A stretch of 60,526 nt of DNA, the filler included, from Sphacelaria rigidula (lineage: Eukaryota): the NCBI GenBank assembly GCA_964200075.2. It is 5 parts of 5 records of this genome, joined end to end, with 100 filler letters (N's around TTAATTAATTAA, not from the genome) between each part and the next. Parts side by side here need not be neighbours in the genome. Positions count along the whole stretch, not along the records: positions 36,380 to 48,403 come from CAXNAA020004218.1; positions 48,504 to 60,526 come from CAXNAA020004219.1; 3 more parts are not named here. One strand, given 5' to 3'. This document shows, one piece after another, positions 37,584 through 50,307 of the stretch. The translations under genes were made by a program, and so were the position numbers. The notes under the pieces are model-generated. The model was not told where the DNA came from. It saw only the letters and a program-made list of their open reading frames with translations, and ran no database searches. The stretch's first letter is position 1; every line of letters starts with the position of its first letter.

Positions 37584-38829
37584 ACTGAATTCGGCGAAAA
37601 CATTTATCCATGTATATTAGTGTGAGCATGAGTCATTCATCACCGTGAACGATTTGGTGCTGGTTTATTTCATCAGGTGTATTCGGTGAAGGCGTGGTGG
37701 TCTCTGGTGAGCTATTATCACGATACTCTGAAACAAAAAAACTGGTACTGGAGCGTTGACAGGCTTCCTCAGATGAGACATAAGTGCGTTGTTTCGGGCA
37801 CAAGATTACCGTTCGGCAGGCGAATATCCAGATATCTGCCCGTGAATGTGTACATGACACGTCCGGCATGAACATTGTCTTGCCCTCGTCCAAAAAAAAA
37901 CAAATCAGCCAAGAGGAAAACCCAAACCAACCCGATCCCGTCCCAACCCTCCCATCATATCCGTTCATCAAACTTAACTCATCAAACCACCATATACCAA
38001 ACAAGATAGTTCTTACAGAACCCACAATTACATTTGTGAAGAGATGCAAATATGTATACACGTACAACATGCATCCTCCAATTCACCATGAGTACGTTGC
38101 TTCCGGCAAAGCGTTATCATGAATGCAGGGCCACATGGTACACATGGCAGCGTTTTTTTATTTACAGTTGCCAAGCAGAACGGAACATGGGCAGGACATA
38201 GTTCTGAATACTGTCAGATGCCTGTCTTTACGAGCTGGGCCAGCCAAGAGTAGGAGTGTATCTCGCTCAGGCGACGCACGGCGCGATATTGGGAGTTGGA
38301 TGCTGACATCTTGACAGCAGTTTTTTATGATTGAAATGCAGAAGATCACGGGACCAGCAAAAAAAAAAAGTATGGGCATTTGAAATTTCAGCGGAAGCAA
38401 GATACTGTAATGCCGTAAGTACAGGGAAAAAAGGAGAATCCACAGCTGGACACGTAAAGTATCAGCTCCTTGGGTGCAGAAGGTCTTCCTGAAATTGCAG
38501 CCCAAGGCTCGTCGAATTGGGCCGTGCGCTCAACATTTCCGTGACGCTGCTACACCCCTATAAATCAAGCGATGGGAGACTCCAATTATGGAGGTCATGA
38601 GTTCGAATCCCGACTTTTTTTTTTTCGTCCGCCGTGAAGGTCACACATGATGCAGTACATTTTTTTCAATTATTTCTTTCATTTAGCCGCGGTGCTGTGT
38701 GTCATCAGGTTGGTCTACACTTCACAGTGATATGCTTACATCGAGTTCATTCGGGAAACTGGGGAAGCTATGGTGTAAGCAAGTTTTAGCAGTTTTTAAG
38801 CTGGGTCAGCTCGTAAGACAGTCTTCCCA

Positions 38830-39003
38830 AAACATCGTCGGATATCTGCTCATCCAGAACAACTTCTTCAAATGTTGTTGGATACCTTGTGATTCACAAC
38901 AATGTCCCAAAACGTTGCCGCGATATGCGTTCAGTTTGGAACAAATCAAAACGTTGTCAGATGCTGCACTCGGCCCGCAGCAATTTTCAAAACGTCGTCA
39001 GAT
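38830..39003 (+). repeat. Degenerate ~40-bp periodic array, 5 units
   Basis: Cores at 38830, 38870, 38910, 38949, 38990. Confidence 0.7.
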
Positions 39004-39265
39004 CGTGCATAGGCAGGGCCGCCCAAACGATGCAAATAATCGACTCATGTAGGACTTCACGTTTGAAAAACAATTTCCTATAACGCGCAGAATTCGCTCT
39101 CTTCTGCCGGACGCGTCGAAACTTCGATAAGAAGAAAAAAACAGGCGCCTTGACACGTCGTGTGAAATCGAACTAGAGCGGTTTGCCGGAACCGTAAGTT
39201 TGGGTTGTACCACATGTATGGAAAAACCTGTATGCGTCGTTCCCCTGTCGCACCCCAACCCCAAT

Positions 39266-39312
39266 TACTACTACTACTACTGCTGCTGCTGCTGCCGCTA
39301 CTGCTACTACTG
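39266..39312. repeat. (CTA)n/(CTG)n microsatellite
   Basis: Direct reading. Confidence 0.85.
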
Positions 39313-40510
39313 AGTGTTTATGTCCTTTCAATTGCTCACTTTTTCCAGCTGAACACCTCGAGCAGGAGCGGGCGATATACGTCGCCATTGGCCAGCACCT
39401 GCAGCGACAGCTTGATGGGCTGCCATGGCTTGGGCGAGGAACGCTGAACAAGAGGAGATTATGGGAAGCAAGGTCGAGGGACAACATGGGGGAGGGGAGG
39501 GTCAAACGAGATACTGCGCTCATTTCCTTGGAGTTGAAACTTCACAAAACTCAGTTGAGGTGACGGTTCAAGACACCAAAAATTGATTGTAGGCGAAAGG
39601 CAACGTTCAAAATATTTGGAACCCTCCCTCCGACAGTCGGGTCAGACGCTCGTTGTAAGACTTTGGAAGGAAATTACGTAGGTAGGAAAACCGAGAGCAA
39701 CCAGGAGTATTGAGGAAGGGCGAAGAAAAATGTACAAACGCATGTGATGCGCGTACACAAAATGTCACGTCGGCGGGGTCCGGTCAGTTGCGCCCAATGA
39801 CGGCACGCTCCGAGCGAGGTGTGCTCAATTGTATTCGTGTCACAAAATCATTGGTCGCAGCACCAACGCCCTATACTGCAAGAATCGTCATGTCTCGAGG
39901 CTTGGAGTTCCCTCATACAACACGTAACATTTTTAAACAATAAGCAGCGAATAGGGGCATGCAAAATTGCACGACCCCATGCTGTACTGGCTGTATTGTA
40001 CTGTGCACAACGATTGGCAACAATGACCACGCAGGAAAGCATCCAGCTCTCCGCCCTTGTAGCGCACCCGAACCACGCTCTGTTGCACACGTTGCGGCTT
40101 TTTGTCACATGTAAATGAGGGAGTATGGCTGTACTATCGTCTTCCTCCACTCGCAGCACCATAGGCCAAGTCAACGACCAGCTCCGGCGAAGAGCAGGCA
40201 TATGTCTTTTTGTTCTTGTAAACAATACTGCTCGTGCTGCGAGTCATATGGAGCTTTGCATAACACTCCCCACTTGCTGAACGCGATGCCGGGTTTTGAC
40301 GGCGAGTACTATAACATTGTTAGGCCGCATATACTCCATAGCCACGCACACGCTGTTCGTAATGACGTCTATTTCATCGTCCGTGCAGAGATGAGCGATC
40401 GACGGCATGGCGTGAACAAGCGAACGAGTCAATCTGGAAAAAAAATGCACGCGTCAACGCGAAATCGTAGCCGGGCAAGGCCAAGGTTGCGACCTACATA
40501 GGTGTGTCAC

Positions 40511-40573
40511 AAGGGGGCAAAGTGATCAAACGACCAAGGCATGCAACAAATGAGTAACCCCCCCCCCCTCCCC
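40511..40573 (+). mobile_element. Diverged 3' end of C-tailed retroposon family
   Basis: TGATCAAACGACCAAGGCATGCAACAAATGAGTAAC followed by a C run. Confidence 0.7.
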
Positions 40574-40904
40574 AGCCCTACCCGCCTCAACACTAGTACA
40601 GTAGCACGCCACTTATACTTTACACTGCGTTCCTTGCTACTCGTACAGTGTAACGCTCCACGGGTGCTGATCGTGATTGTGATTTGATTTGAATGTCGCC
40701 ATTTAACTGATACGCGATGGATCCAGCCGTGGTCATATGATGGACGTACCCAAAAAAGGAGCAAAACTGGAACACTCGCTCAAGAAGAAAGAGGGAAATA
40801 AAAAATAAAAAGTGGGAAAGAATAACAGTGTGGAGTAAGTAAAAAAAAGCGGTTATACGCTTGGAGGGCACTACTGAGTGATGATGTACTCCGGACTGTT
40901 CTGC

Positions 40905-40913
40905 GTAGTAGTG

Positions 40914-40964
<51 letters not shown>
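40905..40964. repeat. (GTA)20 microsatellite
   Basis: Direct reading. Confidence 0.95.
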
Positions 40965-41645
40965 CAGCTGTTTTTGTTAACGTTCGTGCTGGTGTACATG
41001 TACAAGAGACAGCAAAATGATCAACCATGCGTGCCGTTTCCGAACCGTCCACGGGTGCACAGGTCTGACAACTCCGCATTTTGGCGAATGTATCAAATTA
41101 GACCTATAGTAGTAACGTTACGTAGCCATGCTTCGATGAAAACGTCTCAGTCCGCAGTCGTCAGCCTGCATATAAAGCGTCCCAAAAGAGTCAACTATGG
41201 CTCCGGCAGGAACGTTAAACTACCGATGACGTGACTTTAGTTCTCCGGAAAATCATGTCCCACGAGTTGTGCGAAGTGTTTACATATTTCGGGGAGGCTA
41301 GACTCGCAAGTTATCGAAGTATTTCCGCCGCGGGGGATGGGGAGACGGGAGGTGTATTCTGAGGAACGCCTGACAGCAGGATCTCCTTCAGAATGGGGAA
41401 ATGAATGGCGGACAAATACAGAAATCTATTCACAACAGGGGCGGGCAGTCAACCAATTTACCTTTGTAAAACTTATACAGCACATTGTACAGGCAAGAAG
41501 TAAATGGAAACAACCTATTTGCCCTATTCCTTGAAAAAAGCTGCGAAAAAACACACAACCTTGTACACATTCGACAAAACAAAAAGGAATCCGCGTCATG
41601 GAGCTTTTTCCTCGAGAACACGCCACGTTTCACACGAAATCGATG

Positions 41646-41779
41646 ATCTGACGACGTTTCGACAATCGTTCTGAACCGAATGCCATATCTGACAGCTCTT
41701 AGAAATTGCTTCAAACTGAACGCATTATCTGGCGAAGTTTCAAAACTGGTTCCATATGAACCGATATCCGACAACGTTG
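41646..41779 (-). repeat. Degenerate ~40-bp periodic array in opposite orientation, 4 units
   Basis: Reverse cores (ATCYGRCRACGTTT-like) at 41646, 41687, 41727, 41766. Confidence 0.7.
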
Positions 41780-44700
41780 AGACAGCTGCTCCGCTCGCAT
41801 AGTCGACAACCGGGAATCGAACAAACAGGGCTGACATGTGCTAATGCCCCCATTAGAAGGGTCTTCCCCGAAGCAACGTGCCCTCATGCTGAATCTGAGT
41901 AGGAGCAATATACATGTACGGGGGCTCATACCCGCGATCCCGACCGACAACGCTTTGAAAACTTTAATCCAAGTGAGTGTGATATGACATTTGGGCAAGT
42001 TTTCTGAACCGAATACGATATCTGGCAACGTTCTTGCAAATGATCCATAATAACTCAAATGAAAATATTTGGCATCGTTTCATAGATTATGTTCTACAAG
42101 TGGACAGATGATTTAAGTTCTATTCCATTGGACATATGAAACTGTTTTCGTCACAGTTCGATACATCTACACAAATCCACTTCCACAACTTCCAAACGAA
42201 CGAAAAAGATTACCCACGCTTTCTGAGCTCAAAATCCACACACGCACGCACCTTCACAACTTCCGTCTTATAGCAAGGGACCGGCGGCCCTTCCTCTCCC
42301 ACACGGCTCACCCGTAAAAAGGCATTGCCCTTTCTGTGAGGGATTAAGAGCGCGCGGGCAGGTGCGCGGATGTGTGCACGGAGAATAGGGAAGACCGGAG
42401 GGGGGGAGGGGGGGGGGGGGGGGGTAACTCTGATTCTTGACATGCTTCATGCAGCACCATGATATAAACGAATTGTAGAGCCAAGAGATGAAATTTCGTA
42501 CTACACCAGTGCCAAGGTACGCCGCCAACGACATTTCCTGTCGGCGGCGTGTCGATATCCAAGCAACCTCATCCCAGCACCCGACGCCAGTCGTGACTTG
42601 ACACACACACCCTTGATCATGCTTCGGATGATCAAAGGAGAATCGGTCGTATTCGCAAAGTTCGGCAATATATTTTTAGATTTTGCCCAGCCGTTGCTTC
42701 TCTCTAACCCTCAAACTTTACATGATCTCGTACCGTTGAAGGATCTAACCGCTTGAAAAGATCAAGTCTCACCGCGTCCAACCGTAAAACAAACAATAAC
42801 ACAAAGACAAAACTTCTCTTTATACACATATATTTTCGGCACACTCCATCCGAAACACAAGCAGGAAGGCAAGAATCCAACGACCACAAATGTATATATG
42901 TGCTTGCGTCTGATTTCATACGGTGAACGATAGCGCAAAAAACAAAAAAATGCGGGGGTTTTTTTCAGGGAAAAGCGCGAACGCTGCACCTCCTGGACGC
43001 CCCCCTCCCCACACACACACTATTCGTGTTTTCAGTCCTTACGAGAGGCCCGAGCTGCCGAGGCTGATGTCCACGAGGGCATTAGAGTTGGCGATGCGCT
43101 CGGCACGCACCACCACCTTCGGGGGGGAGCTTCCGTGTACCTTCCCCCTAACGGCCCCTTCGAGAACACCTTCCCAGGTTTGGTTGCGGCTGTTCACGAT
43201 CTGCGCCAGTGCGCAGTCTGCCTTTCCTTGGAACTCCTGAATGAAATATAATAGTAGCAGGGAACATTGCACATTGATTAGCATGAAAAAGTAGTATAAC
43301 AGTCCATTCGGAGCAGCTTCCAATACATGTTTTGCCCAAATTTGACCAACTCCCAGAAAGTAATTGACGCGAGCGCCGAAATAAGATTGTGCCGCAGAAA
43401 TGGTGGGGAATGCGGTACAGTGACGTGACGTACGAGGATTCAAAAGGAAGTGCGCTACACCGTACACATGTAGGAAACACTTATATTCTCACGGCGTAGC
43501 CATGACTGCTCACGAGTACCATCATAATGATCAGTCGGTACGCAGTCTTGCCTCCTTGCTTGCCTCTTTGACTGCGGAAGTATATTCTCCAGCATGTCCA
43601 TGTATGACGACCAATGCACGCGTTTATGCGATTAGCTGTCGACGTTTCAGGCAACGCGCTCGCGGGCATTTGTTCCGAGAACCCGATCTCAGTCGGTCCC
43701 GCCGAGTTGTGGATAATGTCAGCAGTGTATATGCGAATGACCGCTGCTACGATGAGTGGGCGCCGACACATATTTCCCGAATATTATTATCTCCCCAATG
43801 AGGTTGGAGCAGCCTAGGCCCATCATGGTTGAGCAAACGGGATCGGGTTTTAGTTCCTATATATTCGAAACGTGAAGGCCGACCACGGTCTGCTCCCCGA
43901 CAGTCAGCGCCACGAGCTCCCGCTCGCGCAGCAGGGGCTTTTGAAGGGGACAAGCTCACCAGATCCCTTTCATGCGTCATACTTGAATATGTGTGTGTGT
44001 AACCGTCGTGCTTGGTTTCCTGTGGGGTAGGGGGATTTCCTGCGAATATAAACCTGGGAACACCGGGCGCGCCGTCCACAGCATACGCACCCCGCATCAA
44101 AGACACTTCGTCGTTTAACTATGCAGCAACAGCTTTGCGTGTTGAATTTGACATAGATGCATGACCACGTATGTGTTCTGCGGTTCGCGCCCATCATCGC
44201 TTCTTTACTGTTGGAAGTTTCTTGTCCTGAGTCAGCACCTGGGTGCCTATCATGGCTCATGCACGAATAAGTATGACGCGTAACACACGCGTGGCAGCGG
44301 TCTTTTCTAGTCAGGTATTATCTCTCCACCCGAAACCAGCTATTCTGAACCCTCCCGAAACTCAGGACATGTGGCGGGCAACTGACGACCGGATGCTGAA
44401 CGGGGTTATGTTCGAATTCCCACAGGCAAAGATCCCAGGATCTGATCAAGGTTTCCCGGATTAGTAAGATTGAGACGTTTCCTCTTGGGATATTTTCACT
44501 TCATCATGATCAATAGCTCTTTATTTTCTACACGTTGAGGAAAGTAAACATTTACACAATATATACAGGTTACGTTTCGGCTCATTTTCAAGCTAGGCAG
44601 ACAGGTGCACTTTTGGTTTATTTTCTCGCTTGATTTCAGAGTACATGTCTTTCGGGGCCAGTTCGTTTTATGACCCTTTGAGAAGCCAGCATTTCTTCTT

Positions 44701-45180
44701 ACTTGATTTTAGAGTACAATTCTTCGCTGATCACACGAATCAGCCTCTTCGGTTGCATTTCGCTGGCCATTGGGGGGCGTTCCCGTCCTGCTTAGGTTTG
44801 GGGTGCATACCCTTTCCGGGCTGGGTTCTCCATGGCATTTTGACGTTTGATGCATTTCCTCGCCCGACGGGGGACCCTTTGACCATCGGGGTACCTCTTA
44901 CCGTACACAGGCCCCACATTCATTCGTGGAACCCGTATCGTTTTCACTTGAAAATTGAATCGGCATCATGCTAAGTTGGATGGGCTATGCGGAACGACTC
45001 TCGGTTCAATCTCGGGGCACGGGAGCTTGTTGTGATCTTGCCCGCATGTCGCATCGTCTCGACTGTACTTCCCTTTTACTGTCTCTAGACTGCTGTTATT
45101 GCTGCTGCTTCTCTGCCGTACATGCGTTTTTTTTGTCATGAGGGGCCGGCTTTGATTTATTCATATTTATGTCGGCGCAC

Positions 45181-45430
45181 GGTCGCCCCGGTGGCTCAGT
45201 TGGTAACCCCCAAACCTTATGACGGTTGGGTCGTGGGTTCGGACCTCAGTGCAGTCACACCATCCGGAATTTTTATCACACCATGTCCAACAGTGAGCGG
45301 CGGCTTCGTTGTGGGTGGACAGAATTTGATTTCACGGTCGACGAGGGAAAGGGACCGCTGAACCCCTCTCGCGATGAAAAAGTGAGGCGACAACCACAGA
45401 ATTTCCTGTGTTGGCCTCCTCCTGTGTGAC
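45181..45430 (+). mobile_element. tRNA-derived SINE, copy 2
   Basis: GCCCCGGTGGCTCAGTTGGTA head, GGTTCGGACC B-box, body co-linear with 13074-13363. Confidence 0.75.
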
Positions 45431-45589
45431 ACGTAACGCACATAACTATCATGCATGTATATCGCATGGTCTCGACTTCACTTCAATTTTACTGTTTTAA
45501 CCCTTTGACCGGTAGGGTAGGTCATCTGGGCTACGCAGTAGTCTGTCAAGTCCAAGGAACTGATGCAGATTCAACAACAAATGACCTAT

Positions 45590-45726
45590 CATGGCGGTCA
45601 AATGGTCAAATTCGTTGCCACTATATGTGTTTTTGGTTGGCGGTCAATTCGTTTCTTGGTTGGCCATCAGATGGTCGAATTCGTTGCTACTATATGTGTT
45701 CTTGGTTTACGGGGGCGGTCAATTCC
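45590..45726. repeat. Tandem duplication of ~70 bp
   Basis: ATGGTCRAATTCGTTGCYACTATATGTGTT...GGCGGTCAATTC occurs twice. Confidence 0.7.
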
Positions 45727-46255
45727 TCAGGTTGACCTTTGATTGTGATGGGTTGTGTTGAACCTTCGTACGTACTCATCTACGTACTCATCATCCATGT
45801 TGCTCCTCGGGCTGCAAACGAAACGAAAGAAGTCTTGTGTGAAATCGGCATCGATTTCACATGAAAATCGAACCTGCATCAGCTCATGAAACAATGAGAA
45901 GGCGCGACAAAAATTTCCCGCCGCTCTCCATCAACCCTTGGACTGCGAGAAAAGTAGGCTATCTGTTGAAGTGGCATCAATTTCACACAAAAAAGTATCC
46001 ATGATCCGGATTGACAACCAAGCTCAGTCCATGAGCTGCTGCGGCTTCTTCTCCTACTATGACCGTTACGATTACGCAACGCACACAGCTATCACCAGTG
46101 CTCATGTACCTTGGCTGCCGATCCACTGATCGTGGCGGCGAAGCCTCAGGAAGTAAAGATCGTTATAACTACACAGACCCTTGACCGTCACCGATGCAAA
46201 AGGCGAAAATTTTCCGAAAGCTTTTGTGTTTTTTTTATTCAAGTTCGGAATATTT

Positions 46256-47881
46256 CACACCCTGGACAATACAATATATTTACAATGTATATTAGACGAT
46301 CATGTTGGAATTTCGCAATATATTGCCGGCGTAATATATATATTGATGTCGTGGGATTACATACATATTGCTCGCCCAATATATATTGGTACTGTGGGGT
46401 TGAACACATATTACCCATAAATATATTTTGGGGCAGCACGGGTGACAGCATATTGCACGACCAATATATATTAGGGTCGCAATGGTGAGAAAATGTTGAC
46501 CGATCAATATATATTGGGTCTACGTGGGTGTCAATGTATTGGCCGGTCAATATATATTGGATATTATAAGTATGGTGTACGCTTCAAGAAAAATCCAGAC
46601 GATATGGACGCCGGAGCCCGTGCAGATTGGGAAAAACTTTAAAGGGAGCCGCAGAAGTTCGCGTGCATTACTCCGGAGAGTTGTCGAATGCGTTTGACAT
46701 ATATATATGTATATATATGTATACTGGTCAGAAAATATGATGACAGAAGAGGCGACCCGGTATTTATGCCTCCTGATACCTATCTGGCCACCGTCGCGGG
46801 GCCGCCCATCTCCTTACCAGAATGTAGTTAATATATATTGTCTGAACATCACGATGACAGAAAATGCGGGTCGGTATGCGCCTTTTGGTACCCCTCTGGT
46901 CACCGGGGTTGTGTTGCTTATACCCTGGACAATATAATATGTTCCAATATGATACCAATACTTTGTATTAGAGCCAGCGCAAATATTGTCCTGTCATTAT
47001 ATATTGTGTTGAGATGTCCTCGGAGACATTGAAGCAACAACATATATTGCTCGTGTCATGATCATGACGTAATGTGTGTCAATATATATTGGACATGCAT
47101 TTGCTCCAGGAATAACACTGTCAATATATATTGTGCATGCCGGCCGTGTGTGTATTGAAGTGTCAATATATATTGAGTCGAAGGGGTGCGTAGCATATTG
47201 GTACCATACTATATATTGAACGCAAACCATGCAGAAGTATTGTTTTTTCAATTTATATTGCGCACGCTCATCAGATAGCTATTGTGCAGCCAATATATAT
47301 TGAACACGCTTGCGCAGGAATATATTGAGCGTTTTCGGCATGTGAATACATCTTTGAATGGCGCCCGCGAACAAAGAACTGTCCACCATACTAATTACAA
47401 TATACGTTCCAATCTACATGTTGAAAATCAATATATGTTGCTACACCATGTATTGTGACCGCCGGTTCCCTCGTGTATTGTCCACCCAATATATATTGGA
47501 CGCATTGACGCACGACATATTGGGGCGGCAATATGTTTTGGCGCTTTGGGTGTCGAGTATAGTGAATGGTCAATATATATTGACCTCGGGTGGCAGCCAG
47601 TCTATTACTCGACAAATATATATATATATATATATATATATTGGTGCATTCTCGCACCAAGATATTACTCGGCCAATATATATTGAGGTGTCGGGTGTCG
47701 TGATATATTGTTCGGTCGATATATATTGCATGTCACCAGCCTTGACATAGTGATGGCACAATATATATTGAACCTCTCTCGTGCCATCATATCGCTCGCC
47801 TAATATATGTTGATCACCCGACGCGTCGATATATTGAGCGGGCAATATACATATATTACATATTGTATTGTCCAAGGTGTG
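46256..47881. mobile_element. Non-autonomous hAT-type element (1626 bp) with 8-bp TSD
   Basis: TIRs CACACCCTGGACAATACAAT / ATTGTATTGTCCAAGGTGTG. Perfect TSD GAATATTT on both sides. Many copies of the palindrome CAATATATATTG. Internal TIR-like copy at 46922. Confidence 0.88.
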
Positions 47882-48339
47882 GAATATTTCTTCTTTTCTG
47901 CGCGCACCTTTATGCATGCATTAACGGCCAAAAAGTATCAGTCCGCCCAAAAAAAGCCGTATTTTGCCCGTTTCTGGAGAACAGCGAAAAACATTGGAAA
48001 CCCTCCAAAACTCCAAAAATCGCGAAAAAACGTCGAAATAACCACATGCTTCCGATTCATCAGCTTTGTACGATATCCACGCCTCGTCCAAAACCACTAC
48101 GTCACATAGCTGCCTCCAGCTGGTTACAAAACAGGCAAAAAAAGACGGGATTGTGCCTAGAATGGTGAAATGTGGTCGAAATTGGTCGAATTTGGCCATG
48201 TTTCGACCCACTCATTCTCCGTAATTTTTATTCGTTTTTTTTTTTTTTCAGCGAGAATCAGCACATCAACAGCTTTTCAAAAAACCTAACTAGAGCATCG
48301 TGGGCAACTCCGTTGGCGATGTACGATCTGCCCCCCATT

Positions 48340-48403
48340 GCTCCGTCTCGAAAGGGATGCGTGGTCAATGGTCAAATGACTAAGGCAAGCAACAAATGAG
48401 TAC
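48340..48403 (+). mobile_element. 3' end of C-tailed retroposon family (contig breaks where the tail should start)
   Basis: GCTCCGTCTCGAAAGGGATGCGTGGTCAATGGTCAAATGACTAAGGCAAGCAACAAATGAGTAC. Confidence 0.75.
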
Positions 48404-48503
48404 NNNNNNNNNNNNNNNNNNNNNNNNNNNNNNNNNNNNNNNNNNNNTTAATTAATTAANNNNNNNNNNNNNNNNNNNNNNNNNNNNNNNNNNNNNNNNN
48501 NNN
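48404..48503. other. Artificial contig linker
   Basis: N44-TTAATTAATTAA-N44. Confidence 0.98.
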
Positions 48504-50258
48504 CAGGCGCTTTATGGCCATTTTTTTCGCGACACTTTTAGCTGGTTTTGGGGGGGGGCTATCGTAGAAAGTGTCTGATGTTGAGGAGCAAGTGCTGAGG
48601 TGACTGAGTGCTTGTTGAGAATGAGGGAACACATTATGACTGGTATCGCGAATCGTTTTGAGAATGACTGCAGCTTGTTTTTGTGTGGTTTGTGGTCATG
48701 TTTGCGCATGAAACATGGTTGTTGAGCGAGCATGATCGTATCACGTGTGCAGGGTGCAATTCTGGCGTACACGTGCATATACGGGATGTGTGTGTTGTGC
48801 TGATCTGGTTGGCACGGATGGTGCATGTTTTTTACTGCGAGGAAGGTCGCAATACATGTGCTGGGTGAAATGCTGGCATTCGTCAGTGGAATGTTCTCTA
48901 CAGTATGTTACTAGTGCGCATGGTATTTGGCGAAGAAAAAGTCAGGGTGAGGCAGTTTTCAGTATACTGATGTATGCTGGATGAGGTGAACCTCGTGTAT
49001 TCCTGATCATGCAGACACGCGGCGGAGTTCTCTTTGTGCAGTGTATGGGGACTGACAGTAGGAGTTGGTGATCGCTGCTGTTGGCGTTAAGATGAGCAGT
49101 AACTGCGAAATGCGTAGGGTCGTATGTGCGCAAGGAAAGCGCGAGTGTCTCTTATGATTGAACATGAATGATCTTTAGCTATGGAACGTCTTTTGAATGA
49201 ATGTTTCAGATTCGTCTGGAAGAATCATGTGTTTGGAGTGTCCGTTTATCTAAGGAAGCGGTGCAGGTGAGCTGCAAGTCTGTTGGGACACGAGCTGCGT
49301 TTTATTTAGCGATTCATCGACCGATGGGACATCACGGTCCTGAATCCAAGTTGGGATATTATATCTGGGTGCTTTCTGGGGTGTACTCGGTAAATCGAGT
49401 TCGAGAGCAATATCACTACGGGTGATCAATGATGGCGGAGGTCAAGGTCCATTTGCCGTTGTTGGATTGGTGTGTATGGCTTGAAAAGTGGTTTGAGTCA
49501 TGGCTTTGTTTTCATTATGCTCATGAGATGAGTTCGCAATGAAGCGTCAAAGCTTCTACGAAGGAGAGGTGTGCGAAGCAAGAGACCAGCCGCGTTCTAT
49601 AATAGACGTGTTGGATACTTATTGGTTCTAGTTTCAGGTATATTGCTTGGCTGTTGCACTCCGGTTCACGTTTGAGATTTTGCCGGCTTGGAGTCAGGAG
49701 AACTGTTTGTTGCATGGTTTTGAGAATTGGGCGTCAGCTATCGCTCCGTGACTCGGAGTGGTGCAAGTAGCGTGATTGCGTGTTCATAATGGACGTTTTG
49801 GATTTTTTGCGAGTTGTTCGGAAATTGGACAAGCTTGTTTGGCTATTATCGTATACTGCGGTAGGGATTGCCACTGTATGTGAAAATTGACGGTAGACTT
49901 CGGCAACAATGATGTCTGAGTTTATCAAGCCCTAGGTTGACTACTTGTTGGTAGTAAGCGAGCTTTGGAGATACTGCAGACTCCAGGCAACATTGTTACC
50001 ATGGTTGGGTACATGACTGCAGTCGAGAAAATGCATAGCAGGCGTTTATAGGCTGGTTGATGGATAATGGATCTGAGAGTATGATCGGTGGACTCCGTGA
50101 TGTATGACGTATGCGATACGAGGTGAGCCGGTCACTCCTCGTTAATGAAGACTGCTGTTCGTATAACTGCTTGAATCTTGAAGTCTCTGGAGCCCGGAAC
50201 AGGGAGGAAGCCTTTGGAGCAGCATTGTGACGTTGTTCCGATTTCAGACAAGTCTACA

Positions 50259-50307
50259 GAACCCACGACCCAACCGTCAGGAGGTGTCGAGGCTACCAAC
50301 TGAGCCA
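50259..50307 (-). mobile_element. tRNA-derived SINE head fragment, copy 3
   Basis: Reverse strand reads TGGCTCAGTTGGTAGCCTCGACACCTCCTGACGGTTGGGTCGTGGGTTC. Confidence 0.65.

Noticed and set aside
38830-39003. CRISPR-like look of regularly spaced 14-bp cores (also the CAATATATATTG arrays)
   Set aside because: Cores are short and degenerate, spacers are related to each other, there are no cas genes, and the context is eukaryotic transposon DNA.
42399-42450. G-run followed by TAACTCTGATTCTTGACATGC as another C-tailed copy
   Set aside because: Only weak similarity to the family 3' end and no TSD found.
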